DNA of 64,000 nt from a phage. The first letter of the stretch is position 1. Each line of letters opens with the position of its first letter. A program made the translations under genes and the position numbers. The notes beneath the pieces were generated by a model. It made no database searches, was not told where the DNA came from, and was given only the letters and a program-made list of their open reading frames with translations. Location: sequence record PX393108.1. One strand, written 5' to 3'. This document shows, piece after piece, positions 52,017 through 61,940 of this stretch.

Positions 52017-52380
52017 ATTTAATGGCTTGAAGGAGACTAATAATTCTCAAGCGACTTCTTTCATCTTTAACTGTAAAAGAAAGAGGGTCACCAGATTTCA
52101 TAGTGATGGTGCATCCAAAATCAAAATCTTCTGTAACTTCTTCGAATAGGTCAAACTCTTCATCATAAATTAGAACATTACTCTGAAAACTGTGAAGAAT
52201 TTTTCCATCATTTCCAGATGCTGTACTAATCATTGTAACATTATGGCCTTTCATATCTTCAACGGTAAATTCGCTTGTAGATATTACGGCATTAATAGAA
52301 CCATTCCTATAAATAGAAGAAAGCAGATATTTCTTTTCTTCACCTTCGCGAACACGATATTTCTTACCAATTTTAAACAT
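52009..52380 (-). CDS. hypothetical protein (123 aa)
   Basis: ORF track frame; ATG at 52380 preferred over the GTG the track treats as start. Confidence 0.55.
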   Translation of the reverse strand: MFKIGKKYRVREGEEKKYLLSSIYRNGSINAVISTSEFTVEDMKGHNVTMISTASGNDGKILHSFQSNVLIYDEEFDLFEEVTEDFDFGCTITMKSGDPLSFTVKDERSRLRIISLLQAIKFE

Positions 52381-52382
52381 AA

Positions 52383-52559
52383 TCACCCTTTAAGTAAGTC
52401 GTAAAATCCACCATTCACATGCTTAGGAGCAGAAGGCCGACGAGTAGACAAACGATGACATTTAGGGCAAACATCATTTTCTCGTTCAGAAATCTTTTTA
52501 ATTTTTTCATATTCATGCCCGCAATCTTCGGATTGGCATTTATAATCATACATTGGCAT
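52383..52559 (-). CDS. FmdB-like zinc-ribbon protein (58 aa), not in track
   Basis: Hand-translated MPMYDYKCQSEDCGHEYEKIKKISERENDVCPKCHRLSTRRPSAPKHVNGGFYDLLKG; two CxxC-type pairs in the pattern of FmdB/regulatory zinc ribbons. Confidence 0.45.
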   Translation of the reverse strand: MPMYDYKCQSEDCGHEYEKIKKISERENDVCPKCHRLSTRRPSAPKHVNGGFYDLLKG

Positions 52560-52561
52560 AA

Positions 52562-52855
52562 TTATTCCTTAAAATGTGCTTTCAACATCTGATACAAGGA
52601 CCACGCATGTTCATTATTTTCAATAGTAACTTTCATTACCGGGAATTCTGTGAAATCTTCTATCTGTTCTTGCTCTTCAGAAGCTTGGTATGGATTTTCC
52701 ACTTCATCAAAGAACTCAGCTTCGTTAGTAGAGAGCCAGATAAAGTTTTCGTCAAGGATATCAGCGCCGGCACAACGTTTGAGTACACCTGTGGATGTCA
52801 CAATTTTAGTAGGACGACTGAGATGGTCAACATCTAAAATTTTAAAAGGTTCCAT
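52562..52855 (-). CDS. hypothetical acidic protein (97 aa)
   Basis: ORF track. Confidence 0.5.
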   Translation of the reverse strand: MEPFKILDVDHLSRPTKIVTSTGVLKRCAGADILDENFIWLSTNEAEFFDEVENPYQASEEQEQIEDFTEFPVMKVTIENNEHAWSLYQMLKAHFKE

Positions 52856-52965
52856 ACCTAAACGTCGTGCGTAGATTCCGTTATCAGTATGGTCTTTAAT
52901 AAAAGCTTCTTAAGCTTGTTTATTTTTAAATTGATACCATTTATTAACTTCAAATCTAATAGCCA

Positions 52966-53181
52966 TTAATAAATTTCCTTCCAGTAAGTTGTACCGTCTT
53001 CAGTGATTTCACGGAATACACCATAAATCGGTTGTTTATCACCAACCTTTTCATACACATAAACTGAAGTCAAGTGAGTAAACTTAACGGTATGTTCTTT
53101 TTGAACTACTACCAAATCTGGATCAAATAATACATCTTCAAATTCGTCATTAGTGCAATTCTGAACAATTTTACGTTTCAT
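52966..53181 (-). CDS. hypothetical protein (71 aa)
   Basis: ORF track. Confidence 0.5.
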   Translation of the reverse strand: MKRKIVQNCTNDEFEDVLFDPDLVVVQKEHTVKFTHLTSVYVYEKVGDKQPIYGVFREITEDGTTYWKEIY

Positions 53182-53194
53182 TACAATATCCTCA

Positions 53195-53476
53195 TTAATT
53201 AAACAGTGGAGCGATGCGTTTCAGAAGAGTAGCAGCACCTTTGGCAAATTTTACATCATGAAAAACAGTTTCTTCTTCCGTTACAACACGAACTTTAATG
53301 TTTTCACAATCCCAATTTTTACGAACAATCTTCAAAAGCTGCAGTAAATCTTTACATTCAGCAATATCGATAACACATCCACGAGAATCTTCCATTATCG
53401 CACGATAACCATAAGCCATACCATAATCGTTGAAAGATTGTTCGATGATAATTAAGTTTTCCATTTTATTCTCCAA
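53195..53476 (-). CDS. hypothetical protein (93 aa)
   Basis: ORF track. Confidence 0.5.
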   Translation of the reverse strand: MENKMENLIIIEQSFNDYGMAYGYRAIMEDSRGCVIDIAECKDLLQLLKIVRKNWDCENIKVRVVTEEETVFHDVKFAKGAATLLKRIAPLFN

Positions 53477-53561
53477 GTTGTTTTCTGTATCAGTAGTTGA
53501 TATTGATATAATACCATAATCAACTACTGATGTATATAGTTTTATGAAAAAAATTTAAACT

Positions 53562-54059
53562 TTATGCACAGCGAGCTTTGCTATAATGTTTAATCCAACT
53601 TTCAGGAATGACTTTGTATGTTCCTAAAAATACCGCGTTGTACAGCTTAACACCATCTTCTACCCACTGATCGGTAATGTACGCGCACATAGCACGAGTA
53701 CGGCGTTTTTGAACAACCCCTTCCTCATCTTCAGTAAATTCGAATTCATAAGGAGCAACGAACTTAATAGCTTGACCGAGTTTCCACTTAAAGTCTACAC
53801 CTACATGTGAAGTATCAATCGTTTCAATTCCTTTAGCAGGAACAGCTTTCAAAAACGCAGACTCAAGAAATTTCGCACGAACATAGCCAAACTGAGGTTT
53901 AGACTTTCCATCTTTAGGAATGATACGCACTTTTACTTCAGAATCTTCATCTTTAACGCCATGTTTAAGCTGAATGCTTACAATTTCGACCAATTTTCCT
54001 GCTGCTTTAGAGCGGGATTTATCAGATACACGAGCTAATTCACCAATATTAATAATCAT
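53562..54059 (-). CDS. motB: MotB-like protein
   Basis: 165 aa; position upstream of dexA; the C-terminal segment YITDQWVEDGVKLYNAVFLGTYKVIPESW is paralogous to the next ORF. Assignment by synteny and size only. Confidence 0.55.
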   Translation of the reverse strand: MIINIGELARVSDKSRSKAAGKLVEIVSIQLKHGVKDEDSEVKVRIIPKDGKSKPQFGYVRAKFLESAFLKAVPAKGIETIDTSHVGVDFKWKLGQAIKFVAPYEFEFTEDEEGVVQKRRTRAMCAYITDQWVEDGVKLYNAVFLGTYKVIPESWIKHYSKARCA

Positions 54060-54103
54060 AGTTATTTCTCACTTGTTAAAAAGATTTTATACTCCGCGGG
54101 ACC

Positions 54104-54133
54104 ATTATACTCTGGTCCCAAGAGTTTGTAAAC
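54104..54133 (-). promoter_or_regulatory. T4 early-type promoter (-35 GTTTAC, -10 TATAAT) upstream of motB
   Basis: Reverse complement of gtaaac 54128-54133 and attata 54104-54109; the -10 lies inside an inverted repeat (gggaccA..Tggtccc). Confidence 0.5.
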
Positions 54134-54567
54134 TAGCTTACACGAACATTAATCACTGCGCTGCGAGGAACGACAGAATACTCTCCAGCATGAACTACAT
54201 TAAGAAGTTCAACGCCATCTTCAATCCACTGGTCAGTTACCCAACCGCCAATCGGATTCGCGAATGGACGACGAATATAAACTGCCTTACACAACAAATC
54301 AGTCGGGTCTTCAGGTTTTTCAATTTCTGTCAATAGATTAAAATCTTCTTCATAGATGATGAATGATGATACCCTTCCATAATAGTTTCTAATTTCCATG
54401 TACACTGTACCAATGAGAATTCCGCTATTAACACTAATAACAGTAAAAGGATATCCGCCAGTTGTACCAAGAAGTTCCCAAAACTTGCTATCAGTCGTAT
54501 TCGACATTGTCTGAAAATCAATTTCAGACGGTTTTTTCATTTGATACGTAGTATTAATTTTAATCAT
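54133..54567 (-). CDS. MotB-related paralogue (144 aa)
   Basis: C-terminal WVTDQWIEDGVELLNVVHAGEYSVVPRSA aligns with the C-terminus of the adjacent MotB-like ORF. Confidence 0.5.
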   Translation of the reverse strand: MIKINTTYQMKKPSEIDFQTMSNTTDSKFWELLGTTGGYPFTVISVNSGILIGTVYMEIRNYYGRVSSFIIYEEDFNLLTEIEKPEDPTDLLCKAVYIRRPFANPIGGWVTDQWIEDGVELLNVVHAGEYSVVPRSAVINVRVS

Positions 54568-54577
54568 AATTTTCTCT

Positions 54578-55081
54578 TTAGTCTAAGGTAATAAAGCCTT
54601 TTAATTCAGCATGCGATTTGCGGAACATTACTTGGTGCCCGCCAATGATAACTTCATCTTCAGGAACTTCGTATACAGCAAGATAAAATCCTTTAGAAGC
54701 TAATTCTTCACGCTCTTCTCGTGTGAACCATCTCATCATATCATATTCACTAGCGAAAGCAAAATGATAAAGAGCTATAAACCATCCTGGAATATAGTGA
54801 TCTACGCCTACATATTCCTCTTTCTCAAATTTAGTATTAATTGCTATATTAGCATTTTTAACTAATAATTTGTCTTCGCGCGGAAGAGGAATTCTTTTGT
54901 TATCATTACTATGATGTGTAAAATTAGGTCTATCATAACCTACGTGTAATAACCACTCTTCGCTCCATGAATCTATTATACTCCTGTATGGCGTTATTTG
55001 AACACAAAGATTTCGACGTATTGTTATAGCATCTTCACAATTAAGAATACTAAACGATGATTCAACACGATAAATTTTCAT
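54578..55081 (-). CDS. hypothetical protein (167 aa)
   Basis: ORF track. Confidence 0.55.
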   Translation of the reverse strand: MKIYRVESSFSILNCEDAITIRRNLCVQITPYRSIIDSWSEEWLLHVGYDRPNFTHHSNDNKRIPLPREDKLLVKNANIAINTKFEKEEYVGVDHYIPGWFIALYHFAFASEYDMMRWFTREEREELASKGFYLAVYEVPEDEVIIGGHQVMFRKSHAELKGFITLD

Positions 55082-55108
55082 TTTATTATCCTCAGTAGCT
55101 ATGGTGTT

Positions 55109-55138
55109 ATAATACCATAACTAACCGAGGAAGTAAAC
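55109..55138 (-). promoter_or_regulatory. T4 early-type promoter (-35 GTTTAC, -10 TATTAT)
   Basis: Reverse complement of gtaaac 55133-55138 and ataata 55109-55114. Confidence 0.45.
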
Positions 55139-55144
55139 AACTTT

Positions 55145-55828
55145 TTATCGTTTTGTTGGAAGGGATAGAGGATCGCAATCTTCCTCTGACGGAGCATCTT
55201 CAAGACCCATAGCATATCGCAAAGCATACTTCATCATCAGGATGTCTTTCGCACAGTCATGAATAGAATCATGTGCAACGAATCCATCTAAAGTTCCCTT
55301 TGGAAGAGGACATGTGGTCATATCACGAACAAGCAAAAGTGCTTCAATTCTAGTACGAATATCACGTTGATTCCAGAATTTACATGGTTCTAACTTAAAT
55401 GTATCAAGCTCATTCTCAGAAACGCCATTAAGACGTTGAATATCGCGAATGAGATCGACTAAAATTGGAAAATCAAACGACATTCCACGGCACCAGCCTT
55501 GAGATTTCCAAGGATCGATGTTATGTGCATTGATGTAATCATTAAATTTTGCAATACCATCGATAGTGCTTACATCTTCATCTGATGGCGCAATATTTTT
55601 TCGAGCTTCAGGAGACTGATTTTTCCACCATTCGATGGTGCTTTTAGTAAAAAGACGATGTCCTTTTTGGCTTTTTAAATCAAACTTGATTTTAATGCCG
55701 CGTGAAACTAATTCATCAAATGTTTCAACTACTTCTGGATTAGGGTCAAAGGCAATAACAGCTAAGTCAATAACAGCTGCCTTTTCACCGCTTCCCATTG
55801 TTTCAAAATCTATAATAAAATCAAACAT
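55145..55828 (-). CDS. dexA: exonuclease A (DEDDh 3'-5' exonuclease)
   Basis: 227 aa; N-terminal DFETMG and C-terminal HDSIHD exonuclease motifs; position before dda. Confidence 0.9.
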   Translation of the reverse strand: MFDFIIDFETMGSGEKAAVIDLAVIAFDPNPEVVETFDELVSRGIKIKFDLKSQKGHRLFTKSTIEWWKNQSPEARKNIAPSDEDVSTIDGIAKFNDYINAHNIDPWKSQGWCRGMSFDFPILVDLIRDIQRLNGVSENELDTFKLEPCKFWNQRDIRTRIEALLLVRDMTTCPLPKGTLDGFVAHDSIHDCAKDILMMKYALRYAMGLEDAPSEEDCDPLSLPTKR

Positions 55829-56103
55829 TAAATTTTCCTCGCTAAATCGCGAATTTGACCTACAGTATAATCTTGGATATAAACTTTATTAATGGGCTCA
55901 TCAATAAATTTTGCCATAGATTCAATATCTTTTTGTATCTCTTCAAGACTGTATACTATCTTTAAAGCTTTTTCGCGAATAGTAACATTATCAGGTCCTG
56001 AATTTTCTTGAATGACAGCTTTAACATTTGTCATAAGAGATTTAAACTGTTGCAAACTTAATTCAATCATTAATAACCGCCTTATAAAGATGGCTAATTT
56101 CAC
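55828..56103 (-). CDS. hypothetical protein (91 aa)
   Basis: ORF track. Confidence 0.5.
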   Translation of the reverse strand: MKLAIFIRRLLMIELSLQQFKSLMTNVKAVIQENSGPDNVTIREKALKIVYSLEEIQKDIESMAKFIDEPINKVYIQDYTVGQIRDLARKI

Positions 56104-56323
56104 CTAAAACATAATCACTGATTGTAACAGTTTTCACTTCACCGCAAAAGAATTCTAACGCAATCAAATCTCGTTCAATTTCTTCCAATTGAAGCATTAA
56201 CTTGCCTGATTCAATTTTCACGTTTTTGCGATTTTTACTATAAGCTATTTCATAAATTTCGCTCACTTTATCTTGGAGCAGATAAAACTGGTCTTTGGTT
56301 ATTTCCACGAATAGCTTCCTCAA
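56063..56323 (-). CDS. hypothetical protein (86 aa)
   Basis: ORF track. Confidence 0.5.
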   Translation of the reverse strand: MRKLFVEITKDQFYLLQDKVSEIYEIAYSKNRKNVKIESGKLMLQLEEIERDLIALEFFCGEVKTVTISDYVLGEISHLYKAVIND

Positions 56324-56329
56324 ATTTAA

Positions 56330-57649
56330 TCATACATAAAACACATCATAACGACCACGTGTTACACCAACATAAAGAAGCTGCTGAGCCAATTCAGCGT
56401 CTGCATAATGAATACAAGGCGTATAGATGAAAGCACGGTCTACAGACATACCCTGTGCTTTATGGAATGTTGATGCAGGAAGTGCTTTCACTTTACTAAA
56501 CTGTGATTTAGCATCCCAAAAATCACTCCACGGAGCTTTTCCACCTTTATTCCAATTTTTATAAGTTTCTGCCGTTTTACCTAAAAATAAGTTAAACTTA
56601 TACAGCTCTTCATCAGATGAAATTATTTTAATCTTTTCACGATAATATTCATCATCGCCGTAAGTTTCTACTGTTAAATCCCAATGACGAATTAGATATT
56701 CTCCAGAAACACCACGAGCTTTAACAAATGTTGATGTATACTCTGCTTCTATAATACGAACTAATTGTCCGTTATTAAAAATAATTTCTGACACAGGCTT
56801 TCCATCAATTTTATATGTTTTAATTAATGGTTCCTGCATTACAATAATTTCACCGACAATAAAATCTTTATCAGTTTCAAAAATCTTTTTGCGAATAATG
56901 CTGTTTAACTTGTCAACAGATTTATTCGTAAATGCCATTACACGATTTTCAAACAAATCATCCAGTGATTTTACGATTGAAAAATAATTTACCATAAAAT
57001 CGCGTAAAGCGGTATCACCAGTAAATCCACGTACTCCATGTCCGTCAACAATTTTATCATAAATCCACTTACCATTACGAACATCAGTAGCTACATCAAT
57101 AATAGGAGCATTACTACGTTTAACTTCAGTGAGTTCACACTGATAAAAATCTTTGTGTGTAAAGAATGGACTGATATAAGCAGTGTTTTCTCCTGGGTCA
57201 ACAGGTCTAATTTGCTTATTATCGCCTATTCCAATTATAGTACACCACGGCGGGATAGTTGAAAGCAGAATTTTAAATAGCTTTCTATCATACATTGATA
57301 CTTCATCGCAGATTAATACCCTGCATTTAGCTAAATCCGGTACTTCTTTTTGTTCAAAAAGAACGTTTTCTTCATATGTTACCGGGTTAATTTTGAGAAT
57401 ACTGTGAATAGTACTCGCTTCTTTCCCTGACAGTTTTGAAAGAATCTTTTTAGCTGCATGAGTAGGAGCTGCTAAAATAATGCCAGTTTCGCCCGTAGAT
57501 ATTAAGGCTTCAATGATGAACTTGGTAAGAGTAGTCTTACCAGTACCAGCAGGTCCATTAATAGTTACATGATGTTTCTTTTCTTTAATAGCCCTCATAA
57601 CGATGTTAAAGGCATTTTTCTGGCCTTCGGTCAAATCATCAAATGTCAT
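56330..57649 (-). CDS. dda: Dda SF1B DNA helicase
   Basis: 439 aa; Walker A GPAGTGKT; MTFDDLTEGQKNAFNIVMRAIKEKKHHVTING... matches recalled T4 Dda. Confidence 0.95.
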   Translation of the reverse strand: MTFDDLTEGQKNAFNIVMRAIKEKKHHVTINGPAGTGKTTLTKFIIEALISTGETGIILAAPTHAAKKILSKLSGKEASTIHSILKINPVTYEENVLFEQKEVPDLAKCRVLICDEVSMYDRKLFKILLSTIPPWCTIIGIGDNKQIRPVDPGENTAYISPFFTHKDFYQCELTEVKRSNAPIIDVATDVRNGKWIYDKIVDGHGVRGFTGDTALRDFMVNYFSIVKSLDDLFENRVMAFTNKSVDKLNSIIRKKIFETDKDFIVGEIIVMQEPLIKTYKIDGKPVSEIIFNNGQLVRIIEAEYTSTFVKARGVSGEYLIRHWDLTVETYGDDEYYREKIKIISSDEELYKFNLFLGKTAETYKNWNKGGKAPWSDFWDAKSQFSKVKALPASTFHKAQGMSVDRAFIYTPCIHYADAELAQQLLYVGVTRGRYDVFYV

Positions 57650-57957
57650 CGTAAATTCCCTGCAATTGGTATACTAACAATACGCCCAGTATCTAAAATT
57701 CGCCGATATAATCTTTGTGTGTCTACATCAGGCTTAACATGTTTAACTTCTATTTTATTAAACCAAAACTTGCGTGGAGTCTCAACTAATCTCGGAATTC
57801 CCATACCTAAAGCTAGTCGATACTGCTCTTTAAGAGTTGTAAAAACTTTATCGGCAATCTCCCTTTCAAAAAATACAGCAGGACGATGTTCATCAAGAGG
57901 AACAGGCACCGCAAATCCATCTTTATCTCTATACACTATCGCATATACATAAAACAT
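57646..57957 (-). CDS. hypothetical protein (103 aa)
   Basis: ORF track; ATGA overlap with dda. Confidence 0.55.
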   Translation of the reverse strand: MFYVYAIVYRDKDGFAVPVPLDEHRPAVFFEREIADKVFTTLKEQYRLALGMGIPRLVETPRKFWFNKIEVKHVKPDVDTQRLYRRILDTGRIVSIPIAGNLR

Positions 57958-57958
57958 A

Positions 57959-58705
57959 TTATCCTCGGATAAGTTTAAAAATTGAACAATTTAGCGGGTA
58001 TCCTCTTTTCAGTTTAAGTTTATCAATAAAAGACAAGTTTTGATACCGCTCTACACCTTGAATAATTTTATCACACATATCATATTGCATTTCTGCTTCT
58101 GACAACTTTTTCACAGTTTTCCAATCAGAGCCTTTAAGAAGAACGTTCAATTTAACAACTTCAGCGCCTTCTGCTATACGAGAACCATCAATACGAGCTT
58201 TGAGTGCTATAATCGTTAGCTTAACGTCAGAAGTTTGTTTTGATTTAGAAAGCTGAGAAATGTGCTCAATTCGGTTTTCACGTTTTTTCTGTATAGCTTT
58301 AATTTGATTATAAGTCTTTTTGATTTTAGCCCATTTCTTTTCATCTAAATTTAGTTTATGAACTTTTTTCGCAGATGAACGACCAATTCGCAAAGCAAAT
58401 AAATCACGCTTTTCAATCAACTCTTCTAAAGTATAATCAGAACGAAATGTATTGTACTTTTTCTTTACTGCAATAACATTCCCTTTAATGTATCCAACGT
58501 TATTATCAAAACGTTCTAATGATAATTTCTCTCCTTCAATACGATTATCAAAAGGTTCTCCTGAGTAAGCGCAAACTTTCTGATCTAAAATGTTCTTAAT
58601 GTAATTGAAGTCTAAGTTAAAATCTTTAGAACGTCTTTTAGCTGATGCCTGAGTATGCTCTAGACGACGTGTAATTTTACGAATTTGATTTTTAGACAGT
58701 TTCAT
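57959..58705 (-). CDS. srd: Srd-like protein (sigma-factor-related decoy)
   Basis: 248 aa basic protein in the T4 srd position between dda and the mod genes. Confidence 0.75.
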   Translation of the reverse strand: MKLSKNQIRKITRRLEHTQASAKRRSKDFNLDFNYIKNILDQKVCAYSGEPFDNRIEGEKLSLERFDNNVGYIKGNVIAVKKKYNTFRSDYTLEELIEKRDLFALRIGRSSAKKVHKLNLDEKKWAKIKKTYNQIKAIQKKRENRIEHISQLSKSKQTSDVKLTIIALKARIDGSRIAEGAEVVKLNVLLKGSDWKTVKKLSEAEMQYDMCDKIIQGVERYQNLSFIDKLKLKRGYPLNCSIFKLIRG

Positions 58706-58735
58706 ATTTTTCTCACGGACGGGTTAACTACTTAT

Positions 58736-58765
58736 ACTATAACATTTTTACTTCAGCTTGTAAAC
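58736..58765 (-). promoter_or_regulatory. T4 early-type promoter (-35 GTTTAC, -10 TATAGT)
   Basis: Reverse complement of gtaaac 58760-58765 and actata 58736-58741. Confidence 0.45.
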
Positions 58766-58821
58766 AACTTTATGAAAAATGCTTTAAAACTTTCATGGTA
58801 TAATGAATCTAAGTCCTTCCA

Positions 58822-59424
58822 TTATAGATTAAATCCTTCAAAATCAAGAGTATAGATAGTGTATGTTGAATACTTTTTATACTCGTATCTATCCGCAATT
58901 CTAAATACACTTCCAGCTGGTATCATTACTTCTTGTTCATCTGAAACTAATTCCATATTACGATAACGATGGCTATCCGGAAATTTAAAACTCGGACTAT
59001 ATTCTTTACAACGTAGAGCTTTTATAGCATACTCCTGAAAATTAAATACCATAGGAGCTTTGAATTCAAAAATAACTTGCGTGTTGTATTCTAATCCAGA
59101 AGCAAAATGCAGAGCTATATTTTTATCATATGAAGCTGATACTACTTTATCGAATGTAATAATATCAATTCCTTGATTTAACACCTGTTTAGTCTCAACT
59201 GGAACACCTCTCCAAAGAGGTTTATCGTTTGGAACCAAACGAGATTTGATTATTTCATTTAACCAAGAATGATCGTCTGGCTTATTAGTAATACAATGAA
59301 TTAAAAGTTCAATTTCTGATAAATTAAATCCTTCAGAAAGTAATTCTTCGCGAATAGAAGCACGCACAGATGCATCCATTGATTTGATTTTAAAATCTTT
59401 TAATTGCATTGCTGAATATTTCAT
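58822..59424 (-). CDS. modB: Mod-family ADP-ribosyltransferase (200 aa; downstream copy)
   Basis: LWRG (Arg), SASY (Ser-x-Ser) and EQEVMIP (ExE) ART motifs. modA versus modB assigned only by gene order, and the lengths do not fit that order cleanly. Confidence 0.7.
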   Translation of the reverse strand: MKYSAMQLKDFKIKSMDASVRASIREELLSEGFNLSEIELLIHCITNKPDDHSWLNEIIKSRLVPNDKPLWRGVPVETKQVLNQGIDIITFDKVVSASYDKNIALHFASGLEYNTQVIFEFKAPMVFNFQEYAIKALRCKEYSPSFKFPDSHRYRNMELVSDEQEVMIPAGSVFRIADRYEYKKYSTYTIYTLDFEGFNL

Positions 59425-60056
59425 TCAACTACCTCAATATCATACACTTTAAATGTTCCAAATGAATCGTGTAATTTTTCTTTTGAAATAGAAGTTATTT
59501 TATACTTTCCAATTGGAATCATCCATTCTTGTTCACGCACAATCATCATTAAGTTATCAGTACGTTCTGAATCTAATCCATCAGTATCTTCATATGTATA
59601 CTTAAACTCAGTATTAGGAGAAGAAAGTATAATATCGCTGATATGGTCAGAGTAATTAAAAGCTTTATCAGTTTTTAAGCGAAGTACTATTTCAGTGAAA
59701 TATTCAGCATAAGAAAAAGAACACGCTGTATGCAAACTAGTAGTAAATGAATCTACTCTGTTCGTTGAAAACACTTCTCCGACTTGTAAATCTTTAATGA
59801 GTTCTTTTGTCGATTTTGATATACCACGATATAACTGATAAGGTGATTCAGTTAAATGCTTTTTAATGATTTTATTCAACTGCCGATGAAGAGCTTCATT
59901 CTTTTTGGCTTCCATACATTGCCAAAGAACTGACTGTTCAAAGTCAGTAAATTTTTCACAGACCTTTTTATACATATCATATTGAAAATCGACACTTTCA
60001 GCTTTTATAGATAACTGTTCAACATCTGCGAGATTAATAATCATGATAGCCTCCAT
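59421..60056 (-). CDS. modA: Mod-family ADP-ribosyltransferase (211 aa; upstream copy)
   Basis: LYRG, STN and EQEWMIP ART motifs; early promoter upstream. Symbol tentative. Confidence 0.7.
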   Translation of the reverse strand: MEAIMIINLADVEQLSIKAESVDFQYDMYKKVCEKFTDFEQSVLWQCMEAKKNEALHRQLNKIIKKHLTESPYQLYRGISKSTKELIKDLQVGEVFSTNRVDSFTTSLHTACSFSYAEYFTEIVLRLKTDKAFNYSDHISDIILSSPNTEFKYTYEDTDGLDSERTDNLMMIVREQEWMIPIGKYKITSISKEKLHDSFGTFKVYDIEVVE

Positions 60057-60070
60057 ATACTTCAGAAGCT

Positions 60071-60100
60071 ATCATATCATTGTTAGGAAGGAAAGTAAAC
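60071..60100 (-). promoter_or_regulatory. T4 early-type promoter upstream of the mod genes
   Basis: Reverse complement of gtaaac 60095-60100 and atcata 60071-60076. Confidence 0.45.
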
Positions 60101-60111
60101 AACTTTTTGAA

Positions 60112-60294
60112 TTATTTTGCCCAGGGAGCCCAGGGCGGAGGGTCAAGATGGTATGAAGCTAGTTCTTCTAGAAGAGCATCTGGGGCTTCAATTCCATAAT
60201 TCTGTAATACTATACGGTACTCTTTCTTATAATCACTAGAATCATTCTGGATATTCGTAGAATGATTATCTTCTAACATCTCAAATAAATCCAT
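60112..60294 (-). CDS. hypothetical acidic protein (60 aa)
   Basis: ORF track. Confidence 0.45.
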   Translation of the reverse strand: MDLFEMLEDNHSTNIQNDSSDYKKEYRIVLQNYGIEAPDALLEELASYHLDPPPWAPWAK

Positions 60295-60302
60295 ATTAAT
60301 TC

Positions 60303-60773
60303 CTAGCGATAAAAACCAAATTGACGATTAGCTTCAATAATCTTTCTTTCTTCTTCGGACATTCTCCAGCGTAGTCCAACATCAAAATGAGCCCAGACCA
60401 TCTTAACGAATGCATTTATATCTTTAATATCTTCAATAATGAATGTTTTACTTTTAGAAGGTTGACTCGCTAATTTAACTTTATCGTCTTCAAACAGGTC
60501 AAAAAGACCATATTCATGAGCTCTTTTATAGCCTTTAATAGTTAAAGCTTCAGAAGAAGAAAATGGTGAATCAGTATTCTGCAAAATATCTTCAGTATGC
60601 TTTATAATTAGAATAACATTTTCTGGATATTTTCTTTCTTTTATATCTTTAATTAAAATATCCGGATTTTCTGCTAAAGGAATAATTAATGAGCACTTTT
60701 TATCAAGTGTATTTACTGATTTACCTTCTTTAGACATAAATTCTATTGAATAATGTTTTGCTACTTCAATCAT
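60303..60773 (-). CDS. hypothetical protein (156 aa)
   Basis: ORF track. Confidence 0.55.
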   Translation of the reverse strand: MIEVAKHYSIEFMSKEGKSVNTLDKKCSLIIPLAENPDILIKDIKERKYPENVILIIKHTEDILQNTDSPFSSSEALTIKGYKRAHEYGLFDLFEDDKVKLASQPSKSKTFIIEDIKDINAFVKMVWAHFDVGLRWRMSEEERKIIEANRQFGFYR

Positions 60774-60918
60774 GTGATTTCCTCTTGCCTACTAATGGGC
60801 CGTCAGGAATTTTGTTTTCCTGGATATATTTCTCATTTTCTTCCATCATTTTACTGCCAATTTTAAGAAGCAAATCCAATGCTTCATTTGCTTTAGCCTT
60901 GGCCTCTTCTAGCGTCAT
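60766..60918 (-). CDS. small helical protein (50 aa), not in track
   Basis: Hand-translated [36 protein letters not shown]...; its 3' end overlaps the next ATG (ATGATTGA). Weak SD. Confidence 0.35.
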   Translation of the reverse strand: MTLEEAKAKANEALDLLLKIGSKMMEENEKYIQENKIPDGPLVGKRKSHD

Positions 60919-60926
60919 ATCTCTGT

Positions 60927-61130
60927 TCACGATTTATCCCCATAGATGTCTCTCATCAATTTAAGCGCTGAGCGTTCTAATTTCTTTTCTTTCTCAACGC
61001 TAATCATTGATTTCATCCATTCTTCTGATTCGTTCTGCATTTCTTTATTTGCTTGTTCAACCCAACCATCATCAATGTACATTGAGTTTGGTCTATTGAA
61101 CCATTCAAACATTTTCTTCAGAACTTTCAT
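60927..61130 (-). CDS. hypothetical protein (67 aa)
   Basis: ORF track. Confidence 0.45.
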   Translation of the reverse strand: MKVLKKMFEWFNRPNSMYIDDGWVEQANKEMQNESEEWMKSMISVEKEKKLERSALKLMRDIYGDKS

Positions 61131-61590
61131 TTGTTTTACCTAAAACAACAGTAGGAGCATCATCAAATTCATGAATTTTTAGCAAATTTGGATGTAAACT
61201 ATTCCACACAGAAGAAATAAAGTATGATAAAGCATCTTCACTCACAATTATAAATTTATTTCCTTTATCTATTTTCCAACTATATAGTGAATCGTACGAA
61301 TAAAAAGATAAAGGATTATCATTATATTGTTCTGCGCTAACATTAATGTATTCGGATTTAGTAAATGCTTCAATTGCTCTAAATGGAATATTTGGTACAG
61401 TTTCAATGATACCAATCTTTTTAAGCTTTATTTCAGCATCTTCTGGAACTGGCATTGAAACGAAATTTTCTACGAGATACATTGGGTCACAATAACCCTT
61501 ATCAATCATTACTGCTACGGTAATTGGAACGTCTTTAGCAAACGACATGCTATTACTGCTAATATACATTTCAAACAAAATCGCTTCCAT
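61105..61590 (-). CDS. hypothetical protein (about 161 aa)
   Basis: ORF track frame; start set at the ATG preceded by SD GAGGAAAA. Confidence 0.5.
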   Translation of the reverse strand: MEAILFEMYISSNSMSFAKDVPITVAVMIDKGYCDPMYLVENFVSMPVPEDAEIKLKKIGIIETVPNIPFRAIEAFTKSEYINVSAEQYNDNPLSFYSYDSLYSWKIDKGNKFIIVSEDALSYFISSVWNSLHPNLLKIHEFDDAPTVVLGKTNESSEENV

Positions 61591-61598
61591 AATTTTCC

Positions 61599-61940
61599 TC
61601 AATCGCAAGATGTAGATGAACAACTAGAATCACAAGAACTTCCACACGAATCGCCCGTCCATACATGAACAGGAACATTAGTGTCATATGAATCAGAACT
61701 AGACTGTGTATTCTGTGTATTAGATGATGTAGTAGGTGTTGACCAGCGCCAAGGATTTTTATAATATTCTTGGGCTTCTTCATAAGTCATAGTAACTGCT
61801 TCTACTGTTCCATCTCCCATATAAACATATTCAACTACAGTTAAAGGAAGGTAGTCATTTGAAATAGGAACTACACCTTCTCCGGGAGTCGTAGAGAAAA
61901 AATCCGTAAAGAAGCTTTTAAACCAATTAAAGATAAACAT
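61599..61940 (-). CDS. hypothetical protein with Ser/Thr- and Cys-rich C-terminal tail (113 aa)
   Basis: C-terminus ...[15 protein letters not shown]...[15 protein letters not shown]. Confidence 0.5.
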   Translation of the reverse strand: MFIFNWFKSFFTDFFSTTPGEGVVPISNDYLPLTVVEYVYMGDGTVEAVTMTYEEAQEYYKNPWRWSTPTTSSNTQNTQSSSDSYDTNVPVHVWTGDSCGSSCDSSCSSTSCD

